DNA from: a virus
Lineage: Duplodnaviria > Caudoviricetes
Strand: one strand, 5' to 3'
IMG/VR virus record: IMGVR_UViG_3300010043_000006
Span: 1-42,741 of that record
Length of the DNA: 42,741 bases
Part shown: positions 17,843 through 25,493 of the stretch, one piece after another
Layout: the number at the start of each line of letters is the position of its first letter
How positions within the stretch are numbered: the first letter of the stretch is position 1
Translations under genes and position numbers: made by a program
The notes under the pieces: generated by a model
The model's database searches: none
What the model saw: the letters and a program-made list of their open reading frames with translations, nothing else
What the model was told of the DNA's origin: nothing

Positions 17843-18063
17843 CGCTGATCCTCCACAGCAAACTTCCAGCCCAGTGCCATAGTGCGCGTGATCTCATTCA
17901 TGAGCAGCGATCCACCACGATGGCCGTTGCTGATGCCAATGATCCACGCCATCAATATCTCAGCATCATACGGCTCAACGCCTTCCTCCTCGAATAGGTC
18001 ACATATCCTATCGACGACGGCTTGGTGCTCAATCACTATTTGTCTGGCTGTTTTCATCAGCAT
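17839..18063 (-). CDS. Hypothetical protein
   Basis: 74 aa, coupled. Confidence 0.65.
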   Translation of the reverse strand: MLMKTARQIVIEHQAVVDRICDLFEEEGVEPYDAEILMAWIIGISNGHRGGSLLMNEITRTMALGWKFAVEDQR

Positions 18064-18263
18064 ACCCTCAGCTTATCCAACATATATCGGGTGTTAAGGT
18101 GTGCTTGAATGCGCCGTAGGCTCTGTGGCGCATTGAACGGATTGCTACTTGTGCCCATAGCAACCACGCACTTGGTGGTTATGTCCCACAGCTTCCATTC
18201 ATAATAGCCATCAATGTGCTTATTGCGGCTCATCTGGAATGGACAATCACGCTTCTTGCTCAT
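18057..18263 (-). CDS. Hypothetical protein
   Basis: 68 aa, GAGG SD. Confidence 0.6.
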   Translation of the reverse strand: MSKKRDCPFQMSRNKHIDGYYEWKLWDITTKCVVAMGTSSNPFNAPQSLRRIQAHLNTRYMLDKLRVC

Positions 18264-18438
18264 CTTTAACCTCGTAGAATGCTAGTGTGAAGTCGCAGAC
18301 CGGGAAAGCCTCAGCAGCTTGGACGAGGCTTTCAGCTTCAACTATTCCAACGAAGTCCTGTGTTTGCTTCTCGTATGTCTCTCCTTTGATTTTGACATAG
18401 ATGTTGGTGGGTTTATACCGATACACAGCCACTTGCAT
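18247..18438 (-). CDS. Hypothetical protein
   Basis: Probable start ATG 18438 (MQVAVYRY), GGAGGT SD. Confidence 0.65.
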   Translation of the reverse strand: MQVAVYRYKPTNIYVKIKGETYEKQTQDFVGIVEAESLVQAAEAFPVCDFTLAFYEVKDEQEA

Positions 18439-18440
18439 CG

Positions 18441-18524
18441 TTACCTCCAATGTATGAAACCAGCAGCTTCAAGGAATGCTACCAGCATGAGCATGTAGAA
18501 TGCCATCATCAGGAACACACGCAT
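18441..18524 (-). CDS. Small membrane peptide (27 aa)
   Basis: Translated by hand: MRVFLMMAFYMLMLVAFLEAAGFIHWR; strong SD AAAGGAGG 5 nt upstream. Confidence 0.65.
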   Translation of the reverse strand: MRVFLMMAFYMLMLVAFLEAAGFIHWR

Positions 18525-18540
18525 TGCGGCCTCCTTTGAA

Positions 18541-18615
18541 GAGCCTCCCCTCAATGACGAGGGGCACCTGTTGCGTAGGTGTCAGCTACAGAACGCAACT
18601 CTGTACTGAAGGCTC
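18541..18615 (-). ncRNA. Candidate structured RNA: perfect four-way junction with complementary 7-nt loops
   Basis: Four stems with no unpaired junction bases (18541-46/18610-15; 18547-52/18559-64; 18565-69/18577-81; 18582-92/18600-09, one bulge); loops GTTGCGT and ACGCAAC are exact reverse complements. Strand inferred from flanking genes. Confidence 0.6.
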
Positions 18616-18623
18616 ATAAGGGA

Positions 18624-18654
18624 CAAAGAGAGGCGGTAGGTTTCCCTACCGCCT
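18624..18654 (-). terminator. Intrinsic terminator-like hairpin
   Basis: Minus strand AGGCGGTAGG-GAAA-CCTACCGCCT-CTCTTTG, just after the 18677 stop; weak U tract. Confidence 0.65.
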
Positions 18655-18676
18655 TAGTCGCCGTCGGTAGGTTCAG

Positions 18677-19288
18677 TTACCAACGGTATGGGTCTGTGCC
18701 TGTAGCTACCTTAGGCTCTTCAGCCACATGTGAATCATCACCAGCGGCAGTAGGCTCATGCACAGGTGGAGTGGGAAACGGTGTAGGTTCCCTAACCTCC
18801 TCTTTCGGCTCTTCACGATGGAACAGCTTCTTTGCCGCATCCATCCACTCGAATGCCTCATCGAGCTTGGCTTTCACCTTCTCAAGCTCTTCCTCCGCCG
18901 TCATGGCACGGAGTAGATGATCGTCACTCTCGCGCTGACTGGAATGGAGCTTATCGCTGAGATCCTTAATGCGAATATCATTGGCACTGATAGTGTCATT
19001 CGCATTAGCCAGATCACGATGCAGCACATCCTTCGTGCTACGCTCTGTATCAAGCTCACCCTGAAGCCTATCACGATGCTGCCGCACCGTATTCAGCTGC
19101 TCATTGAGCCATTGATTGGTAGCCTTAAGGCTCTCAACCTCTTCCTTGATACGCCGTTGCTCATGCTCAAGCTCTGCAACGCGCTTACCAAGCTCACTAG
19201 CTGAGACGATTGCATCGGCCGCTTTCGAGAACATATTGCGAATGCTTGTCATCTCAGCCTCCGTCGGGGCAGCAACTACATCAGTCAT
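18677..19288 (-). CDS. Coiled-coil protein
   Basis: About 130 aa of heptad-like sequence and an acidic/Pro tail; AGGAGG SD. Confidence 0.8.
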   Translation of the reverse strand: MTDVVAAPTEAEMTSIRNMFSKAADAIVSASELGKRVAELEHEQRRIKEEVESLKATNQWLNEQLNTVRQHRDRLQGELDTERSTKDVLHRDLANANDTISANDIRIKDLSDKLHSSQRESDDHLLRAMTAEEELEKVKAKLDEAFEWMDAAKKLFHREEPKEEVREPTPFPTPPVHEPTAAGDDSHVAEEPKVATGTDPYRW

Positions 19289-19479
19289 GACTTAACCTCC
19301 TGTTTATACAGATCCGCATCATTCACTACCGTAATGGTCATGCTCGACCAATCAGGGTAATTCTTCTTGACATGGGCATAAGCACCAAGAACGAACTTGT
19401 CTTGGCTGCCTTTACCCTCAGGACGTGGAACGTCAAACGTCCGCCCATCCTTTGTGTTAACTTGGATGTAAAGTGCCAT
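19285..19479 (-). CDS. Hypothetical protein
   Basis: Probable start ATG 19479 (MALYIQVNTKDG); the longer start lies inside a terminator. Confidence 0.65.
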   Translation of the reverse strand: MALYIQVNTKDGRTFDVPRPEGKGSQDKFVLGAYAHVKKNYPDWSSMTITVVNDADLYKQEVKS

Positions 19480-19505
19480 CGCTGTGTGCTCATTGATGGA
19501 GAAAT

Positions 19506-19538
19506 GGGGAAAGCAAAGCCACATTTCTGTGGCTTTGC
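19506..19538 (-). terminator. Intrinsic terminator-like hairpin
   Basis: Minus strand GCAAAGCCACA-GAAA-TGTGGCTTTGC-TTTCCCC. Confidence 0.7.
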
Positions 19539-19649
19539 CCTGTGCTCATACGATCCTGAGCTTGCTTACCAGTGTGCACTCCGGTAGTGGCCGCTCATTG
19601 CTCGTACGATTGAGGCTCACTGTGTACAGCAATGAGCCTCTGGTAACTG

Positions 19650-20270
19650 TTAGTGACGGGCAATCGGTTGACCCGGCCGCCCTCGTGTCTGCACCATAGC
19701 GGCTTGCTTGGCGCTCGTAGCAGCCTTTGCCTTTTGCTTCTTAGCCTCGGCAGCAGCCACCTTGGTGGGAGACGTCTTGATGATGCTCTTGACGTCGATC
19801 TTGACAGGCACCTTCGCCCTCTCTTCGAGGTTCTTCGTTGCCTGCTCGATGAGACTTGCATCAGCCTCAAGCAGCTGGTTAGCTGCCTTCGTAATCTCAC
19901 TGGCTTCCACATGGGAAACCTTGATGCCTTGGCGTTTCATCTCATCCTTGATGAGGTTCTTCGCCAAACGCCGAGCCTCGGTCATAACCACACCGGGCAC
20001 TTTGCCAGCCTTGGCAGAACGGCCACGCTTGGGCATCTTGCCAACCTTGAGATCCTCAAGGTTCTGCATTGCGATTTCCAAAGCCGCTTCCTTACGCTTC
20101 TCCTCATCTGGATAATTGGCTTTGGTAATCTTGCTCATCCCCTTGTTGAGATAAGCCTTAACGCCTTCAGCCAAACACCACTTGTAGAGTTCCTCATCGG
20201 ACAGATCCACATCGGTGTCCACTTGAAGGCTATCCTTCGCCTTCGTAATCTGGATGTCGAACACGGCCAC
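19650..20270 (-). CDS. Lys/Ala-rich protein, first gene of the leftward early operon (possible DNA-binding protein)
   Basis: 206 aa, GTG start with AGGAGG SD, histone-like AAAEAKKQKAKAA tail. Confidence 0.8.
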   Translation of the reverse strand: MAVFDIQITKAKDSLQVDTDVDLSDEELYKWCLAEGVKAYLNKGMSKITKANYPDEEKRKEAALEIAMQNLEDLKVGKMPKRGRSAKAGKVPGVVMTEARRLAKNLIKDEMKRQGIKVSHVEASEITKAANQLLEADASLIEQATKNLEERAKVPVKIDVKSIIKTSPTKVAAAEAKKQKAKAATSAKQAAMVQTRGRPGQPIARH

Positions 20271-20370
20271 ATTGGCCTCCTATGTTGTGTGGGATTGTAA
20301 CGCCGAGATGTGCAGCACCATCATGGTGACGGACAGGATTGCCTCTTACACACCTCGGCACTACCCAGAT

Positions 20371-20399
20371 ATGATACGCCATTGCGATGGCTTTGTCTA
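20371..20399 (-). promoter_or_regulatory. Sigma70-type leftward early promoter with palindromic spacer
   Basis: Minus strand TAGACA-17 bp-TATCAT; spacer contains the inverted repeat GCCAT-N4-ATGGC. Confidence 0.65.
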
Positions 20400-20432
20400 T
20401 GTGACAAATTGTCGCACCCCCGCCTTGAGCCA

Positions 20433-20469
20433 TGCGCTGGGCGCATACCAGCTCTGCGCTGGGCGCATA
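20433..20469. repeat. Two 15-bp direct repeats, each internally palindromic (operator-like)
   Basis: TGCGCTGGGCGCATA at 20433-20447 and 20455-20469 (22-bp period). Confidence 0.75.
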
Positions 20470-20510
20470 GCTATTCTTATCAGACTATCAGGTAATCAGA
20501 TACATCAGAC

Positions 20511-20539
20511 TTGACTTTTTTACCGTTTTATGGTATAAT
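20511..20539 (+). promoter_or_regulatory. Strong sigma70-type rightward promoter
   Basis: TTGACT-17 bp-TATAAT with extended -10 TG. Confidence 0.85.
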
Positions 20540-20582
20540 GTTAGTCAGAATGGGAAAGCATAAGTAATAAAGGCGCAGCACG

Positions 20583-20723
20583 ATGAGCAACCGAATAGTA
20601 GTAATAACAGCCGCCGTCCTTGTTGGTGGAGTGATAGGCTACCTAATCGGCCAATACACCGGCGGTGAGACTGCCTTACTAGGTGCCCTTACCGGCGGCC
20701 TCATTATGATGGTGCTCAAGTAG
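20583..20723 (+). CDS. Small Gly-rich two-helix membrane protein (46 aa)
   Basis: Translated by hand: MSNRIVVITAAVLVGGVIGYLIGQYTGGETALLGALTGGLIMMVLK; first ORF after the promoter. Confidence 0.65.
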   Translation: MSNRIVVITAAVLVGGVIGYLIGQYTGGETALLGALTGGLIMMVLK

Positions 20724-20767
20724 GCCCAGCTCCCCATGAAACGATCCCGCCAACACAAAGGAATAGT

Positions 20768-21094
20768 GTGATGTCCGCCACAGTGACAACCTTCCGACCT
20801 CCGTGGGCCATTACCTGCTGGGTCGATGACGAATACGTGTACGTGGAGATGCCGGGCGAAACAATGCCCTACATCCAACGGCACGCTTTGAGCGAGGCCG
20901 GTTTTGCCAAGGCCCTCAATGTTCTCCGCGAAGTCCACCGGCAGCATCCATTGAGGCCGATCGGCCGATCCAAATACCCAATGCCAACGCCAAAGGTCAC
21001 GCACCCCCGACGCGGCAAGCTGCCTCGTGGTGAGTTCACCCCTGAGCAGCGCCTAACCGCCCTCGCCCTCGTCAAGAAGATGGGCCTGAAATGA
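20768..21094 (+). CDS. Hypothetical protein
   Basis: 108 aa, AAGGA SD. Confidence 0.7.
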   Translation: MMSATVTTFRPPWAITCWVDDEYVYVEMPGETMPYIQRHALSEAGFAKALNVLREVHRQHPLRPIGRSKYPMPTPKVTHPRRGKLPRGEFTPEQRLTALALVKKMGLK

Positions 21095-21252
21095 CCTGTC
21101 CCTATGGCGAGTGTCGCATGGTCAACCTATGCCGTAACCATTGTGTGAGGAAGGCGCTGGAAGACAACGGCTGGCGCCTTAACACCCAAGGTGATCTGGA
21201 GAAGATCAATGAGTCCGATCGAAGAAGCACTAAACTCCAACCTGCCCGATGA
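21091..21252 (+). CDS. Small Cys-rich hypothetical protein (53 aa)
   Basis: Translated by hand: MTCPYGECRMVNLCRNHCVRK...; ATGA overlap with the upstream stop. Confidence 0.5.
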   Translation: MTCPYGECRMVNLCRNHCVRKALEDNGWRLNTQGDLEKINESDRRSTKLQPAR

Positions 21253-21511
21253 TTGGCAAGTCACCAACCTATCCGAGCTAGGCGACAGGGATTGGCAAGT
21301 GATCTGCTCAGACGAAGTCCACGTCGTCATCGCCACCGGCGACACCATCGAAGATGCCATCCTACATGCCGCAGCTAGAATCTTTGATGGAGTTTACGCC
21401 GGGACGCTCTTCGGTGCAGCTAAGCGCGACGAGTTTGAGGGTAAAACGATCCCGCTGCTATCCCTCCTTGGCTTAGAGAAGCCCAAACAACCATTCAATC
21501 GCCGAGTATGA
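21209..21511 (+). CDS. Hypothetical protein
   Basis: Probable start ATG 21209 (GGAG SD); ends KPKQPFNRRV. Confidence 0.7.
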   Translation: MSPIEEALNSNLPDDWQVTNLSELGDRDWQVICSDEVHVVIATGDTIEDAILHAAARIFDGVYAGTLFGAAKRDEFEGKTIPLLSLLGLEKPKQPFNRRV

Positions 21512-21807
21512 TCCCAGTACCAACATCCATTTGGCAAATCATCATTCCAGCCGTCGTCATACTCGGCGTGGCTGGGTTTATCCGTTTGTTCATGCCCAAG
21601 CAACCCACAGACATTAGAATACCAATCATTAAGGGGCCACCACGCTCCAACTGGTTGGGCACCACGTTGCACGGCGGCACATGCCCTGAGTGTGGGCACG
21701 ACTACTTCTTCGTTAGGGTCGACATGCTCTGTTGCGACAAATGCAAGACGGCCTATCGAGTTTTCAATTACGGTCACGGCCAAGTGTGGGCCGAGATCGT
21801 TAACTAA
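21508..21807 (+). CDS. Membrane-anchored zinc-ribbon protein
   Basis: N-terminal TM helix, then CPEC...CDKC. Confidence 0.7.
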   Translation: MIPVPTSIWQIIIPAVVILGVAGFIRLFMPKQPTDIRIPIIKGPPRSNWLGTTLHGGTCPECGHDYFFVRVDMLCCDKCKTAYRVFNYGHGQVWAEIVN

Positions 21808-21850
21808 AGGGGACTCCACTACCAAACGGGGTAATATGAAAGGAACTTCA

Positions 21851-22483
21851 ATGAAGAAGCTACTATTGGCCACAGTGATGGCAATGACGCCAGTTGCTGC
21901 GATGGCCGACGTCACCATAATTGACAAACTAAGTGGTACTGGTGACAACGTGGTGTTTGACTCTCAAGTAGGTGGTCTCATCCTTGGGAGTTTCAACGGC
22001 CAAAATCAAGGGGTCGTTGACTTCACCGACCTGTCTGGAAACGCACTGTTTGTGGGTGCTCAGAATGGCAACGACATCAAGATTGCCAACACGAGCGACC
22101 TTCAGATACAGGTCTTTGACGCAACCAACACCTCGGTGTTGCCAACTGCCACTGACGTGTTCTCTCTGAAAGGCACCGGGACCGTGACAGCATTCGTCAC
22201 CGCCAACGAACCGGGCGGCGGCACCACGTTGTTCACGTTCAACCTCGGCATGATTGACCCGAACGCACAGTCCGGGTTCACGTTGTCGGCCATCAACGGC
22301 GAAACGATCAACATGTACACGCTGCTCGATGTTGGTGGTAACATTACCGACTTCGAGCACTATCGTGTCGACGTTGCCACTAGCGCTGTACCAGAGCCAA
22401 GCACGTGGGGCATGATGTTGCTGGGCTTTGTCGGACTAGCCTTTGCCTTCCGTAGTCGGCGGAAGGTAGTCGGCCTAGCCTAA
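21851..22483 (+). CDS. PEP-CTERM (PEPxxWA-type) sorting-domain secreted protein
   Basis: Signal MKKLLLATVMAMTPVAAMA; C-terminal AVPEPSTWGMMLLGFVGLAFAFRSRRK (PEP motif, TM helix, basic cluster). Confidence 0.92.
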   Translation: MKKLLLATVMAMTPVAAMADVTIIDKLSGTGDNVVFDSQVGGLILGSFNGQNQGVVDFTDLSGNALFVGAQNGNDIKIANTSDLQIQVFDATNTSVLPTATDVFSLKGTGTVTAFVTANEPGGGTTLFTFNLGMIDPNAQSGFTLSAINGETINMYTLLDVGGNITDFEHYRVDVATSAVPEPSTWGMMLLGFVGLAFAFRSRRKVVGLA

Positions 22484-22497
22484 CCAACAACCAGAGG

Positions 22498-22519
22498 GGA
22501 GGGACGCAAATGTCCCTCC
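22498..22519 (+). terminator. Hairpin after the PEP-CTERM gene (weak terminator or processing site)
   Basis: GGAGGGAC-GCAAAT-GTCCCTCC; no real U tract. Confidence 0.35.
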
Positions 22520-22526
22520 ATTCCCC

Positions 22527-22736
22527 ATGACCGTACCTACCAAAGGAGAAACCTACTTCAAACTAATGGAGCACCTGCGTCTGGCACAGGAAGACGCGGC
22601 AATGCTAATGCACCTTGAACAAGCGGAGGGTGGCGCAGCTGGCACGGTCATAGGCCGTGGCTGGTGGCACGTCACCGAGAACCTAAAGAAACTGCAAGGA
22701 CACATCACTGTCCTTGCCAAACGAGGTCTGCAATGA
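22527..22736 (+). CDS. Hypothetical protein
   Basis: 69 aa, helical. Confidence 0.7.
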   Translation: MTVPTKGETYFKLMEHLRLAQEDAAMLMHLEQAEGGAAGTVIGRGWWHVTENLKKLQGHITVLAKRGLQ

Positions 22737-22912
22737 CACAAGACGAAAGGACTATGATTAAGCTGCTGCTGTCGGGCCTAGAGCCCTTCCATAGGGCAAT
22801 CGACAGCGGAGGGAAGTACACACCGACGCCCGACGATTACATCAACGCTGCCACTGTCTACAAGACGGTCTATGAGGAGGTAAAGGGCGTCGAGGAAGGA
22901 GTCACGATATGA
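22733..22912 (+). CDS. Hypothetical protein
   Basis: Probable start ATG 22733 (ATGA overlap, GAGG SD). Confidence 0.6.
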   Translation: MTQDERTMIKLLLSGLEPFHRAIDSGGKYTPTPDDYINAATVYKTVYEEVKGVEEGVTI

Positions 22913-23226
22913 AACAACATACCCCACCTAAAAGCATTCTGTCCTTCAAGCAGAGGATGGAAGTCTATAACTTTGTCAAGGAGGTTGGTCACGTTGACCC
23001 CGATGGTTACTGGAAGTACAACGACGCCTATTCTGACAAGTCTATCGCTGCGCACTTCGGCTTCACTGAGCAGAACGTAGCCTCAGTTCGTAAGGGCCAC
23101 CTCGGCAACCTCAATCCTCAAACTGGCTCCCCGTTCATCAAGAAGGTCTACGATCTTGAGGCTCGTGTCCAGCGGCTTGAGGAGCTGCTCGACGCCTATA
23201 CGTTCCCGAAGGAAGTCCATAAATGA
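22909..23226 (+). CDS. Hypothetical protein with HTH-like segment and short coiled coil
   Basis: SDKSIAAHFGFTEQNVASVR...G resembles an HTH; LEARVQRLEE. Confidence 0.65.
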   Translation: MKQHTPPKSILSFKQRMEVYNFVKEVGHVDPDGYWKYNDAYSDKSIAAHFGFTEQNVASVRKGHLGNLNPQTGSPFIKKVYDLEARVQRLEELLDAYTFPKEVHK

Positions 23227-23411
23227 AAAGGTCTGCGAAACATGCAAAAGCTGCCAAAGCTAATCGAACAATTACTCTCACGAGCGAGGAAGCGGCCACG
23301 ATACGTGAATCCCTTTCCCGACCTCTCGGTAAGGTCCAGCTCGGCGAGATATTCTTCCTTGTCGGCATCCTTCGTCGCGTCACCGACACCAAAGCGCCGG
23401 GCGCGCATTGA
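23223..23411 (+). CDS. Hypothetical protein
   Basis: 62 aa, ATGA-coupled. Confidence 0.55.
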   Translation: MKRSAKHAKAAKANRTITLTSEEAATIRESLSRPLGKVQLGEIFFLVGILRRVTDTKAPGAH

Positions 23412-23429
23412 TTGGAGGGCCGTCGGTCG

Positions 23430-24896
23430 ATGAGTATCCTCAGCGACATTGTCTCCAACACGGTTATGCCAAAGGAGGCCCTGCCTCCCACCGACGAGCA
23501 GGCCCACTACCTCGATCTGCTCCTCGGTACCGACGACAACATCATGATGAACGCCCTTGCCGGTACAGGCAAGACCACCACCCTCGAAATGGGTGAGAAG
23601 CGCGTCAAGGTCCCAACGATCCTCTACCTAGTGTTCAATACCAAGAACGCCAAGGAAGCCAAGGGCCGGATGCTCTCAACCACCGACACCCGCACCTTCA
23701 ACGGCTGTGGCCACATGATATGGGGCCGCACCACCGGCACAAAGCTCACCCTCAACACGAAGAAATGCAATGATATTCTCAAAGTCATCATCCAAGAATC
23801 GCCGAAGAAGCTCCACAAGGAGCTATGGGACGTCTACTTTGAAGTCCTCGCTGGAGTCGGCATGGCAAAGTCCCTCGGATACATTCCAGATGGCAAGTTC
23901 CCTGATACACAGAGACTCTGTACACAGGAGCAGCTCATTGGCGCAATGGAGGAACAGCCAAGTGATCTTGTCATCGATCTTGTCGACGCAGTCCTCTTCG
24001 CTTCCATCAAAGCCGCTTACGCCGGATCAGTTGACTACAACGATCAGGTTTATATGCCCGGTGTGTTCGGTGGAGCATTCCCTCGATTTCCCCTCATCCT
24101 CGTCGACGAATACCAAGACCTCAACCCCGTTAACCATGCAATGCTTACACGCCTTGTCAAAGGGCGCATTGTTGGAGTTGGCGATCCGTGGCAGAACATC
24201 TACGGATTTCGTGGAGCTAAGGCTAACGGCATGGCCGAGGCGAAAGTCCAATACTCAATGACCAGCTGTGACCTGTCTGTCAGCTTCCGATGCCCCGAGA
24301 AGGTAGTTGAGGCTGCCAGATGGCGCGTTCCACACTTCAAATGGTTAAAGCCGGGAGGGCACGTTGAGCGACTCGAAGGAATGGAGGCTGGAGATTTCGC
24401 TGACGGGGCGGCAGTCATCTGTCGAAACAACGCTCCGCTTTTCAAGCTCGGTATGCAACTTCTATCGCACGGCCGTTCTGTCACCGTTGCAGGGTCAGAC
24501 ATTGGCCCTAAGCTTATCGGCACTATGCGAAAGCTTGGGCCTGAACATTCCCCTAAAGCTTTTGTCCTTGGTGCTATCGAGGATTGGAGAGCCGAAAAGC
24601 TCGCCAAAGAGTCCTCAACCGCCAACGACATGGCCGACTGCATGAAGATCTTTGCCGGATACGGCGACGATCTCATCACCGCCATCAAATACGCCGAGCA
24701 TCTCTTTGCTCAGCAAGGCACGATGAAGCTCCTCACTGGCCACAAGTCCAAAGGGCTTGAGTTCAAGGACGTCTACATGCTCGATCCTTGGCTGATGAAG
24801 AGCGACGACCAAGACCTAAATCTACGCTATGTAACTCAGACGCGATCTCTGAACCAGCTGTTTGAGGTCAGCTCTGACACCATCAGGTGGGAGTAA
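23430..24896 (+). CDS. UvrD/Rep-family (SF1) DNA helicase
   Basis: ALAGTGKTT, VDEYQD, VGDPWQNIYGFRGA, SFRC, ICRNN, HKSKGLEF, YVTQTR. Confidence 0.95.
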   Translation: MSILSDIVSNTVMPKEALPPTDEQAHYLDLLLGTDDNIMMNALAGTGKTTTLEMGEKRVKVPTILYLVFNTKNAKEAKGRMLSTTDTRTFNGCGHMIWGRTTGTKLTLNTKKCNDILKVIIQESPKKLHKELWDVYFEVLAGVGMAKSLGYIPDGKFPDTQRLCTQEQLIGAMEEQPSDLVIDLVDAVLFASIKAAYAGSVDYNDQVYMPGVFGGAFPRFPLILVDEYQDLNPVNHAMLTRLVKGRIVGVGDPWQNIYGFRGAKANGMAEAKVQYSMTSCDLSVSFRCPEKVVEAARWRVPHFKWLKPGGHVERLEGMEAGDFADGAAVICRNNAPLFKLGMQLLSHGRSVTVAGSDIGPKLIGTMRKLGPEHSPKAFVLGAIEDWRAEKLAKESSTANDMADCMKIFAGYGDDLITAIKYAEHLFAQQGTMKLLTGHKSKGLEFKDVYMLDPWLMKSDDQDLNLRYVTQTRSLNQLFEVSSDTIRWE

Positions 24897-24897
24897 G

Positions 24898-25296
24898 ATG
24901 TCATACCCAACATCGTCAATGGCCTACAAGGATTGCTACGAGGCGCTCAACGCTGCCTTGGAGCATCCCAAAGGCGTTAAGATCCCATGCGAAACCCGAG
25001 AAGCTGCCGAGCGGCTACGGGCTCGTATGCACTACGCACGAAAGCTAGACAGAGATGACAACGCTGCCATCTATCCAGAGACAGATCACCCACTACACGG
25101 CCGATCACAATACGACATACTCGTCGTTCGCGTTAGCATGAACGGCAACCGCATATGGCTGCGCCTTGAGCCCAACCAATCCTTTGCTGATGTCATCGAG
25201 CCAATCGACGACGATTATCAACCGCTGCCACCTCCACCATCAGAACCCATCAAACCACTCACCATCCAACCGGTACCATTCAGGAGGCGCGTATGA
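24898..25296 (+). CDS. Hypothetical protein
   Basis: Probable start ATG 24898; Pro-rich tail ending PVPFRRRV. Confidence 0.75.
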   Translation: MSYPTSSMAYKDCYEALNAALEHPKGVKIPCETREAAERLRARMHYARKLDRDDNAAIYPETDHPLHGRSQYDILVVRVSMNGNRIWLRLEPNQSFADVIEPIDDDYQPLPPPPSEPIKPLTIQPVPFRRRV

Positions 25297-25493
25297 CCGA
25301 CTGGCTTGCCCTTTGGCTTAGAGCACAAAAGGCCGAGATAGGCCTCGCCGTCCCGACCGACGATCAGCGCGAGGTGGCACGCCAGTTGTACAAGGCCCGA
25401 AACAAGAACCCCGACCTTGCCAACGTGCGTGTGTGCTTTATGCCAAACGGCGAAATATGGCTGGTCAAGAACCAAGTGAAGGTTATCGAATGA
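25293..25493 (+). CDS. Hypothetical protein
   Basis: 66 aa, AGGAGG SD, ATGA-coupled. Confidence 0.7.
   Translation: MTDWLALWLRAQKAEIGLAVPTDDQREVARQLYKARNKNPDLANVRVCFMPNGEIWLVKNQVKVIE

Noticed and set aside
18541-18615. tRNA gene interpretation of the cloverleaf
   Set aside because: No TTC T-loop, no D-loop GG, no U33, and arm lengths do not fit; kept only as an unknown structured RNA.
19653-20300. Long antisense ORFs (also 12931-13704, 29453-30097, 34903-35586 and others)
   Set aside because: These are shadow ORFs opposite well-supported genes, expected in GC-rich DNA, with no motifs or SD support.
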